Part shown: piece by piece, positions 1 to 11,200 of the stretch
How the letters are laid out: every line of letters starts with the position of its first letter
Position numbering within the stretch: the stretch's first letter is position 1
Assembly: GCA_051294375.1 (NCBI GenBank)
Contig: CM119270.1
Location: 1,497,297 to 1,525,426 of the forward strand
Source: Paraspadella gotoi
Taxonomy: Eukaryota; Animalia; Chaetognatha
DNA length: 28,130 nucleotides
Direction: 5' to 3'
Made by a program: the position numbers and the translations under genes
The notes under the pieces: generated by a model
Told to the model about the DNA's origin: nothing
Databases searched by the model: none
What the model saw: only the letters and a program-made list of their open reading frames with translations

Positions 1-114
1 GAATGTAAGGAAAAGTGCAGCTGCCTGCTCCCCTTACCCCAACAAAACTCTTGCTCTTCCTCACCTAGAAAACTGCTGCAGCTGCGAATGAATGTAAGGG
101 GATGTGCAGCTGCC
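1..114. repeat. 89-bp minisatellite (array continues off the left edge)
   Basis: gaatgtaagg at 1 and 90. Same unit as 9350-10120. Confidence 0.85.
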
Positions 115-143
115 CGTCCTGGAGGCGGAAGAGTTGGAGGATC
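65..143 (-). other. Clean duplicate of the 3' part of exon 10068-10297 (SSNSSASRTGSCTSPYIHSQLQQFSR) with its donor
   Basis: Colinear with ~10068-10147 and followed by the same 89-bp repeat. Confidence 0.8.
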
Positions 144-2135
144 AACCTGCCCTTTCCTCTCTGTACAGCGCCATTTTGCGGAGACCGCGGCGCCCGCAAC
201 CCTCATCTGCCAATACCTCGACCTGCCCGCTTAAAAAAAAAGTGGCGCCACCCTTCTCACTGTTCCGCCGAATCTCTTACGAATCCGCGCCTGAAAAACG
301 AAGTGGAATTCTTTCCGGCAAAATCGGCGCCGACTTACCTCGTTGTTGTTGTTGCTAAGTCGCCAGGAGGGAATTAAAAGATGGCGTTGTCGCTTCCTGA
401 ACGCGGCGGGCGTTGGCGGTACCAGCCTTTAAACCGAACAGCGGCGGCGGACGGCGACAAATTGGGACCATTGACCGCAAAGTTGAGCGAAAGAAAAAAG
501 GTTAGCGGCGCCCACGGCTGAAGCTGGAAGATCGAGGGAGATGGACTGTCGCCATTTCGTGGCCGAACAAGGACCGGCGCCGTTTTATGCCCCGACACAC
601 AGGCCGGCGCCGTTAATTGGCCGAGCAATCCGGCGCCGCTTCTCTTGTTCGGTGGACATTGAGAAAGAAAAGGGACAGCTAAAACGTCGGCAGTTCGACA
701 AGAGACGGCGACGCTGAAGCTGCTGCTGGGGGAAACGCTGTTGACTGCCTGATTCGCCGCAGCAGCGCACGCCGAAAGGCGGAAAACATCTCCGCCATCC
801 CGCGGCGAAGTCCCGCGGCAGATCGTCCACCTTCGCCGTCGGTAGGCGTCGTCTGCGGGCGTCGGAGAAGGCGCGTGACGGAGACGGACTGACCACAGAC
901 CGGAGACCGAGGCGTCGAGGCAGGCGAGAAGTGGCGTAACCAGAGCGCGCCGTTACTGGAAAATGATTGTCCACGAAACTCGTCGGGCGTAGAGACAGTT
1001 CCGCCGAGTCGGTCCGGCGGGACAGGAAGGCCGGTTAGAAGGTTGGGCTCAGGAAGTGGATGAGATTGATTGGTGTTGATGTGAAGAGTTGGGGAACGTC
1101 TATGGGTTGGATGCGTGGGAGAGATGGATAGAAGGCGGTTGGTGGCTGGAGGAAGAGTTGGAAGAATGCTGAGTTGAGGACGATGAATGGCTGGAGTAAG
1201 TGACGGAAGGAGCGTGGTAGGTGTTGTGGAGGAGATATACAGCGGGACGTGTGGACGACGTGTTGGCTGGATTGGTGGCGAGACGTGCGGGCACGGGATG
1301 GGGAATATTGCCCGGGGAATTGAGACTGCGTAACGGAACGGGGACGCGTTTGTAGGAAAAGCGCGGCAGGTTGTAGGAGAGATTGCAAGCGGCGCCCGTA
1401 CGCGCCGCTCGACGCACGGTAGAACGGCGAATTGTCCGACGCCGCAAAGCCGCGTTGCTCCTCGGCGCCGATTGACCGAGAGACGGAAAAGTTTCCATCC
1501 GGCGAATTAAAAACGCCGGAAATCGTAGGCGGGGAAACGGCGCCGTCTTCTTTGTTGAAGCGGAACTAAAAGCCGGCAAGTGTTTCGAGCGGCGTCGGAC
1601 GGCGAACGGAAGAAGAGGATAGGGTTGAAAATCGACGATGGACAAGAAGAAGAAAGACATCAGCGTTCGTCGACTGCGCATCTTTTGTTTCCGGTGACGC
1701 CACGAGGGAATCGTAGGGGCGTGCCCAAAGTGATCCTTGGACAGTTGCGGACGCGTGGAGAGCGCTCGGCCGCGAGAAGGCGTGGCGGAAAAAGGTGAGG
1801 TGTTGATCGGGTGAGGGCGCTGCGCGCGGGTAGAAGGGTGCAACGGGGGGAGCTGGGGGTAAGGCGCTGAGGGAGGTGAAGTGTGGATTAATAGGGAGAG
1901 TTAGGCATTCGAGTGAAGGTTTACTTTATCAGTTAAGGTTTAGACGGAATCAATTAAAAGGTAAGTCGGGAAATTAAAAAGAGTAAATAAATAAAAATAA
2001 ATAATAATTGGTACTTATAGTAACTAAGTGATATCGCAAATTAGAAGCCGTGTTGGAAATTACTAGAACCTTACTTGGAGTACTAAAGGCCCTCAATATG
2101 ACAAGTTTTAAATGTATGGTATTTGAGCATTTGCT

Positions 2136-2219
2136 TTACCTTAGCTTGCAGAAGGAGTTGGCGGCCAGACGAGAGAGCCTGCGCGTTGCGAGAGACGTGG
2201 CCGAGGAAAGAGAGAAAGT
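2136..2219 (-). CDS. MARF1: Candidate last coding exon ..TRRLSRLAANSFCKLR*
   Basis: Follows a pyrimidine tract. RLAAN resembles the MARF1 C-terminal 'KLAANF' motif. Acceptor weak (GAG), and the end could instead be a donor (AAG|gtaaag). Confidence 0.4.
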   Translation of the reverse strand, partial: TFSLSSATSLATRRLSRLAANSFCKLR

Positions 2220-5200
2220 CTCGGGCGACATAAGAGGAAGAGAGGGGGAGCTGGGGAAGTTGGAGGGAGGGAGAAGGGGAAAGAAGCGGCGGGGGAGAGG
2301 AGGAAGAAGGGTAAAGTGGGAGGGGAAAGAGAGGGAGGGGGAGGAAAAGGGAAGAAAGATAAAGAGAAGGAAAAGAGATATTGGATAAATCATAGTCAAA
2401 AAGCTGAACACGAGAAGATAATTAAATATAAATGGAATTCTTTCATTCTAACTTTACGCCTCATCGGCGGCAGAAATCCGCCGCCCCGCGCGATGCTGCT
2501 TGAGGTAAGGCGAGGCACGAATGGCCCGGCGGCGTGCGCCTCGGCGGGCGGCGAGGCGCGGCTGCTTGCGGAAGGGATAAGTTATTTTACCAGGGCGTCG
2601 CGGAGCGGAGGCGGAAGGAGTAAGGTGGCTTTGGGAAGAGTGAGGGCGGGGAGGAAAAAAAACAAAGACTTTTATTATCATACAAAGAAAGAGTGAAAAA
2701 ATCAAATATAAATGTCTATGAAAAGTCCAAAAAATGCTTGAGGCGCAGATAGAGCAGATGGCACAGATGATCCTGAAGGAGAGATGGCATCAACGTCACC
2801 ATACCGTTACAATCATTGTCTCGCTTGTTATCATGTCTGCTCCCATAACTATATTCTCACTAAAAGTCGTTTATTCTCAATCTTCCCTATCCACCAATCC
2901 TCACTATCACAACTTATATCACTCGCTATCATTACTTAACTATGACTATTTGACTATCATGTAAAACTTTTTATCACTAACATTATTAATGTAATCACGT
3001 TATAAATATACATCCACTATAAATATTTCATTCTCTCTCCTCTCTTCTCGGTCTCTCTGTTCCGCTATCAACTCTCCTCTCTCTCTCTCTCTCTCTCCAC
3101 ACGGCGATCGATGCAGAATCTGAGGTCGCAGCGCTCGCCGCTCCAAAAATGAGACCGCCACCTCTCGCTCTTGACGAATGCAGCATGGCCTCTAAAGTTT
3201 GGGCCCAACAGGTTGGGACTGCAGCAGAGACCAACCGATGCTGTGTTGCCTTCTGAGTGGGCCCAGTGGGAATGAGCCTCGGGTAGGTTAAAGAGAGTTC
3301 TAAAATGATTCTAATGATTGATTTAAAAACTAAAAAAGTTAAAAAATGACTTCAATTTACAGAATTAACCTTACGAAAACAAGAAAACATTGTAAGTCCG
3401 TTACATTTCCCCTCACTTCAGCAGAGCTGGTGACGGAGGCATAGCCCCAGTGCCAGCAGCAAGGGGTCCATACCAAAGGACATGTTCCCAGAGTCTTAGT
3501 TCCCGCCAAATAAATCTTTTCCAGCGAAATCTAACGAGACCGCAGTTGCTACCGATCGCGCGTTGCTACTTTGTTTGGTCAAGAAATTGACGAAACTAGT
3601 TTTTGCGAAAAAAATCTGTATGAGGGCCGACAGGTCAACCGCAGAGGGGAATCGCTTATAGGGGGGAAACAAAAAAGAAGCTAAAACGATCAATAACCTA
3701 CGTTTAATAATAATACGTCAGATTATAAATAAATATGATGGTTATGTTACCCACACTCAACGAAAGTTAAGACCATTGAATGAAAGATTAGAAGATGAAG
3801 AAAATAAATAAATGATTCTTTAAAACGGCTAGCATCCGAAATGAGGTAGCACAACAACCAATTATATGAAATAATTTGATTCTTAAAGATATACAAGATA
3901 CTTACAAGATATACATAGCATCGATAAATTGTTGAGACAGAAGTTTATACATCAAGCCTCTACCCGAGTGGCAGGCAAAGGCTCCAGAGATGCAAAGACT
4001 TATCCCCCGATTGCAACAAAGAAAAATTTTTAACAAACGCGTTTCAAAAACCGTAAACAAGTAAAATGAAATGAAGATTTTAATATGGATTAAAAAAGGA
4101 AAACAAATTAGTTTTACAAGATAGTTACAAACATACGAAATACTTTATATTGAATTCTTTAAAGGGTACTTACTTTTTTTTGTTTTAGAAAATGCGAACT
4201 TACCCTCGGGACGGAGATTTCGACGGTCAGTCCGATGCGACAGACCATCCTGAGTTGGCGTCGGAGTCGCTGGCGACGACTTGAACGAAGGGGCGGAGAC
4301 ATCTATCGCGGAAGAGTCTGAATGAGATCAACATTGGGGGAAAAGAAAGGGGAATGAGGGAGAGGGTGGGGGGGGAGGGGGGGAGGGGAGTGGGAGGGGG
4401 GAAGGGGGGGAGATGAAGTAAGGGGGAGGAGAAGAAGAAGGGAGATGAAGAAGGGGAAGGGAGAAGGGAGATGAAAGAAGGGGACATGGGAGAAGGCGAG
4501 AGGAAGAAGGGGACAAAGGGAGGAGAGAGGGAAAGGGGGAGAAAGAGGGGAGTAAGGGAAAGAGGGGGAATGAGGAGGAAGGCGAAAGGAAAAGGGGACA
4601 GGGGAGCGAGAGAGGGAAAGGGAGGGAAGGAGGATAGAGGGAAAGGAGGAAGGATATGAGGGAAGGGGAAGAGAAGGAGCGGGAACCGGGAGGAAGAAGG
4701 AAAGGAAAGGAGAGGTGAGGGGAGGACGAGGGGAAATTTAAAGAGAGGGAAGGAAAGAGAAGGGGGAGGGAAGAGGGGGAGAGGAGGGAGAAGAGGGGAA
4801 GGGGGAGGAAAGAGGAAGGGAAAGGGGAGGCAAGAAAGAGGGGGAGGAAGCAGAAAAAGGGAAGGGGGGAAGCAGAGGAAAGAGGAGAAGGGGAAGAGAG
4901 GTAGAGGGGAGGGAAGAGGGGAATAGGGGGAGGAAGGAGGGGAAGGGAAAGTAGAAGGCGCGAAGATGGAACAAGGCGAGTGAAGTATGACTGCGTCGGG
5001 GCCTGACGAAGAGACTCCCGAGGAGGCAGACGGCGTAGTATAAGCTTGTGGCGACGAACAGCTAACGTGAGCATGGATCGGCCATAGAGGATCGTGTCGA
5101 CGAAGGACAATGGAGCCCGCGCGGTCAGTGGAGTCGTCCGGCAAGGACTCGGAATAACTGTGAGCGAAGTTACAGCGATTATAGCGAGAGATGGGTGATC

Positions 5201-8200
5201 ACAAGGTAGCGTTCAGGTGGTGGCGGGTCAGTGGGCGGTCGGAACCGGTAGCGTGATATGCGAGAGTACAACGCTATGCGAGCAGAGAAACGTGGACGTC
5301 GGAGGATGGAAGAGACGGGTGAATGCGTAGGACCAAACTACTGCATGACGGCTGGGTCACTTATGCGAGACGTAGGGAGCGAGCTCGACCAATCTGTGAC
5401 GATCACGTGTGAGAGTGACCGACGGAGGATATAGTGCGCGGACAGATGATGTCAGACGAGGGAGAGAAGAAGGACTGGGAGCAAGTATCAGTGTGTAGAT
5501 GGACGCGATGAGGCCAGTACAGACGATGATAACGGATGCAGCGTCCGCTGGATTCGTCCAAGGGGATGTGTGAAGGAGTCGTATCAAGGAGTGGATACAG
5601 AAGCGCGGCGGGATCGTGAGGGATCAGCAAGGGAGGAGATCATCCTGAGCGATCAGACGTGTGCTGCGCACAGCGGGACGGGGAACTGATGAGTATGAGA
5701 GTTATGCATTGCAGTCGGCGGCACGGTGGGTATAGAGCGATAACTCGGAGAAGTCACGCCGATGTAGAAGGCAGTTGAATGTGGTCAAGGCGGATCGCAT
5801 AGAGCACTAGGTGTAGCGCCGAGTACTAGTAATTGAAATATGTATGAGAGTTGACGAACGTAGAGGTCCGCATATATCTGTTAACCGGCGAGGGCGGGCG
5901 GATATGAAGCGGCGCCAGAGGATATGGAGGGGGAGGGGAAGCTGTTTACTCTTAATGTTACTCACGAGCTTACTCCACATTTTCCAGCTCACTTTTCCGT
6001 GCTCCTCTCTCTCCTGCTCTTCTCTCCCCTCTCATCAACCTTACTGCCCGAAAAGGGCCTGTTCGTACTCACTTTCAAGATCCAGCGTGGCCACCACATC
6101 CGCGGGGTGTTCCAATTCTGAACTACGGGCCACCTCAGCGTCGCCGGGCCGCCAACACCCTCACCGCGGTCGAGCGAGGTGACGAAGGCTTCCGAGGCGA
6201 GTGCGTGTGAATGCCTGGATGGAGTTGGAGATGAGATCGAGGAAGCTTGGGTAGTCCTCGACCTCGAAAGTCGTCCTTTAGATGGGGATTGGAGTAACAG
6301 GAAGGGGAGTTTGGTTTGGAATGATGTAGTTGAAAGGAAAAAAGGGATTTGAACGCTGAGATTAGAACGTGTTTTAGCAGTTTTACAGTCCACGATTATC
6401 TATTTGGTATTGAAGTTTTTTTTAATAAAGCCCTAAGCACTCATTATTTTTCAATGAGAACAATTCTTTTTTTCGCAATAAATATCCATTTTTTAAAGTT
6501 TATGTTGTTTATCAGGACAGTCGCGCTTCTTTACAAAGAAAAGGTAATTTTCATCGCCAAGACGCTCTCAAAAATATAGTGTTAATTACCACGCAGAAGA
6601 GAACAAAATACTGTTTTTTTTTCAATATTTCGACTTAGCAAATGTATCAATGATGTAAAATGAAAAAAGACGAGACAATTTGCCAACGTTTCACTGAAGA
6701 TTGAGTTGGTGGGTCCGTGATTTCTGTTGTAAATCGGCCATAAATGATGACGAAAGGAAGGCGTGGGATGCGACGGCTTTTACTAAGGACAACCACCTGA
6801 GGGACGATGACGAAGGAGAACGATGACAGATGTAGAAGAGAATGACCAAATAAAAAAGGAACCATCAAAACAAAACCCGACCAAAAACAGAAACCCTGAC
6901 CTGATTTGGAGGACTGCGATCATTTCCTTCTGTGTCAATGCAAAAAACTCTGTCTTGCTTCTTCCCTCAAGCAGACACGGGGTCAAGGCACCGCCTCCAA
7001 CAGCTCGACCAGTTTCGGTGCAAACCGGTATCGGCCACCTCGGCATTGACGACCTGCGTGTGGGGGAGGAAGAGGAAGGGGGGGGATGGGTATGTTAGAG
7101 GAAGGTCAGTTTGATGATTTCTTCTCCTGCGATTTCTCCGCCCTCGTTTCTTTGATTTTTTTGTAAATTTTATAGCTATCATCACTTTTACTTCTTTTAC
7201 TCATTAATTTTCTTTTACTATCTTCTCTCTCTCTCTCTCTCTCTCGCTCCGTCTCGCTCTTCTCCCTCTCTATTCTCTCTCCCTCTCTCTACTCTCTTCT
7301 CCTCAACTCATACGCTCACCGAAATGATGAGATACGAAGGAATAGAAACTTGTTAAAACTAAGACGACCAATCTAAGGGGTTGTGTCGCATCAACGTCGA
7401 CCGACCTCTCGCCGAAATCTGCTCGTTCCGCCACTCATCTGTCGGCGGCGTAGGCTAGACTCGGTTTGGGGAAGAGAGCCAACATCCGGGGGCGAGAGAG
7501 AGAGTCCGAAAGGGTCGGAGTAGAGGCGGTGAAGAGGAGGAGGAGGGATCTCGGATTCTGCGGGATGGAATACAGTCACGGAGTAGGTGCCTAAAAATAA
7601 TAGAACAAAAATAACAAAAATAATAACAAGATAATCATCCCTTAACAATCAGAAAAGGACAATGTAACTCGTAAACTGGGGTGTTTTTTTTGTAAATTGA
7701 CGCTGATGAAATGCCAAAAAAATGATCCGAACCTTACCACTCGAGGTAAATCTCCGCCCGCGGGGGCGGTCGAAGAATCTGCACTGTCCGTTAAATCCGA
7801 AATTTTCGAAGAGCGCGACCGGAAGTATTTCGCAGAGGCGAGGGAAATTCGTACCAGTGATCTGAATAGAGCAGAAGAGAGAAGGTAGTTTGTGAATGGA
7901 TGTTGAGAGTCGAGGTTTAAGTTAATGGATATAACGGGTAAGTCTTTTGACGTGCTCCAGTTAGTCTGTGAACTGCTGCGCCGAGAAGCTGTATCGGTGG
8001 TACATGGGTTTTGTTTCAAGAAATGAGAAAGTAAAGATCTGATTCAGAGGCAATGACAAAAACTCACTGTTTGCAAAGCTTGCGTTTTCAGATTCGATAG
8101 AGGCTGTTACCGTGAAACGTCTTCACGATTTTGGAAGGGAAAATTCACTAAACTTCGCTAAAAAACACTTAGTGCTCCACGGAAGTGCACTGTGACCTAT

Positions 8201-11200
8201 GACCCTTTACTTGACCTATAGATTTGAGCGTGAGCGCACCTGGTGATTGTCCGGAACCCAGTACTTTTGAATTTTTAACAAAAAGGGAAAACTAAGTAAA
8301 TTATGAAATCTCAATTTAAATGATATTTCATAGTAATTAGATTAACTCTTTTAATTATGTAATCTTACTTTTAGAATTAACTAATGGTGAAAAACGAGAC
8401 CAAGGAACGCAACAAAAGACACGAAGGCACACTCCCGAGCATAACTTGACCCAAACGCTTGCATGACGTGAGGTATGGTCGACAGCTCGATAAACCGTTA
8501 GTGTAACCGTAATCGGCGACTCGACATTGACGTCCAAAGCTGATGATGATATTCGAGACGGTAATGAAACTATGGGAACGGAAGACGACCAGTGGGGGGA
8601 GTGTTCTTGAGAAGCGTACGAATCCACTCTCTAGAGGGAGGGGAAGGTTGGGGGAATGGGAAGAGGAGAGACATGGAGGCATAGAAGGAAGGGGGTAGAA
8701 AGTTAAGTACAAGGAGCAAAAGGCGGTACTAGAAGGAAGTATAGGTCAATGCAAATCATAGAAGTGAAGAGACAGTAATTATTGTTGTGTTAGTGACAGA
8801 CCGTTCAGTATAGAGAGTTTTCTTATAAACAGTCCTGAGCTCGGCATCAGCTGTAGACACCGTTTACAGGGCGACCACCGGCGTAGATCCCGGACCTTTG
8901 GGTTCATGGAGGCGATGGAAATGAGCCGTCCGGCACCAATGCCGCTGATGAACGGTTGTGGATTATTAGTCCGCCATAAAAGTATGAATTGTCAAAGACA
9001 CGATGCAGATGTGGGTTAGTGTAAGAACCACAAACCGGTATAAGTAGTTTACGGTGACAGGGTAGAGGAATATAGGTGGGAAATAGTCACCCAGTTAATG
9101 CGCAATAAGCGTAAATGCTCACCCGCATCAAAGTTAATTATATTCAACACGAAGGTTTTACTATAACGTAGCTTCTTCCAATGAGCATATAAAAAGTGAT
9201 AAAACAAAATATAGTTGATTAAAGTATTCAAATAATATCGCAGAAAAAAATACTCTAGGGTCTACTATTGGCAGACCACCGAAAACAATCATTCACTAAC
9301 AATTTACTTAAATTTCCTCACCAAAACCCTTAAACTATACCAACCTTACTCTGAAAACCTCTGGCAGCTTTGGAGATATGTAAGGAAAAGTGCACCTGTC
9401 CTCGCACCCTACCCAAAAAACCCTTGGCTCTTCTACGCTAGAAACTGCGTGCGGCTGCGAAGAATGTAAGGAAAGTGCAGCTGCTGCTCCATTACCCCCA
9501 AAAACTGCTCTTACCTCACCTAGAAACTGTGCAGCTGCGAAACTGAATGTAGGAAAAGTGCAAGCTGCCTGCTCCCCTTAGCGCCAAAACCTGCTCTCCT
9601 CCTTAGAACTGCTGCAGCTGCGAGATAGAATGTAAGAAAAGTGCAGCTGCTGCTCCTTACCCCAAAAAGATTTGCTCTTCACTAGAAAACTGTGCAGCTG
9701 CGAATGAATGTAAAGGAAAGTGCAGCTGCGTGCTCCTTAGCCAAAAAATTGCTCTCTCACCTAGAAAAACTGCTGCAGCTCAATGATGTAAGGAAATGCA
9801 GCTGCTGTCCTTACCCTCGAAAAAACTTTGCTCTCCCTCACTAATAAACTGCTGGCCGAATGAATTAAGGAAAAGTGCAGCTATGCCTGCTCATTACCCA
9901 CAATATCTTGTCTGATAGACCTCACCTAGTGCTGCAGTTCGAATGATGATGGGAAAGTGCCAGGGCTGTCTACCACAAACCTTGCTTCAAGAAAATGCTG
10001 AGTTCGAAATGAATGTAAGGAAAAGTGCAGACGTGCTTCCCCATACGACATCTATTAGAGTTTCTCCCTAGAACAGCTAGAGTTGGAAGAATGTAAGGGA
10101 TGTGCAGGCAAGTGCCCGGTCCGTGGAGGCGGAGAAGTTGGGGATTCCTTGAAGGACCGTCGAAGGACGAAGAGCAGTCGAGGTGGCCGAGAGAGAAGAG
10201 TTGAGGCTCGCTCGTTGAAGGAGATCCAATCCGTTTGGAGTCGATAAAGCGTCGCTCAGTGGATTTTAAAGCCTTGCGCTCCAGGAGAGGGCTACGCCTA
10301 GGTAAGGATTGGCAGAGGATTAGTTGATCGTTCATATCAGNNNNNNNNNNNNNNNNNNNNNNNNNGGAAGAGGATTTTAGTTGATCTCGTTCATTCATTC
10401 ATGGGTTTATTCATTCGAGCATTCATTCCTCTCTTTACTCGGGCATTCATTCATTAATTTAATTATTAATTCTCATATATTCTTTCATTCATTTTTTTCA
10501 TTTAAGCTTTCACTTTAATTTTCTCAAGAATTTATTAATGAATTGATTCACGCATTTAATTCATTAAATCATTCGTATATTCATTCATTCACGCATTCAC
10601 AACCTTTATCCTAATACTTACCATAACGCGATCACTCCTCACCCAAATACTTCTCCCCCTCACTCACTCACCCGGCACCGAAGCGATGAGATGCTCCAAT
10701 GGAACCGCGGGTTTCGAAGTCGCTGCACCGGCAGATTTCTCCCCTGCTCCGCCGCTGCCGGTACTGCAGCCGCCGACGCACGAGGTCTCTAGGGGGGACG
10801 GGGACTGCGTCGGCGAATGCGTCGGCGAAGTGGAGAGAGAGTCGGCAGCGGATATTGCGGTCGGAACGATTTCCAATCCTGGACGGAGAGAGATATCGTT
10901 AGAAATAATAGAATTATAAATTTTAATTATAAATTAATCAAAGAAATATATACCTTTGTCACGAATCTTATAAGAGGTCCACTCGCTGTAAATAGTAAAT
11001 ATTTTTTAATTTTTTTAAATTTAATTTAATTAAAATATAATTTTTTTATAAACCCACTTTAAATTGTTTTTCTCGGATCCGTNNNNNNNNNNGTTTCGAA
11101 GTAGCTGCACCGGCAGATTTCTCCCCTGCTCCGCCGTTGCCGGTACTGCAGCCGCCGACGCACGAGGTCTCTAGCGGGGACGGCGACTGCGTCGGCGAAT

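Noticed and set aside
340-1860. Retrotransposon gag/pol or LINE ORF
   Set aside because: No zinc knuckle, RT, endonuclease or integrase motif in the frames I could read.
4227-5144. 305-aa and 260-aa Pro/Leu/Phe/Ser ORFs
   Set aside because: By-product of a pure pyrimidine tract that cannot contain stop codons.
9350-10120. CRISPR-like repeat-spacer array
   Set aside because: The apparent spacers are noisy versions of one sequence, and the conserved part derives from the adjacent exon.
4965-10297. Pseudogene, programmed frameshifting or stop-codon recoding
   Set aside because: Indels are confined to blocks where non-coding repeats are equally noisy, while neighbouring exons are intact. The copy at 65-143 shows the clean sequence, so sequencing error is the simpler explanation.
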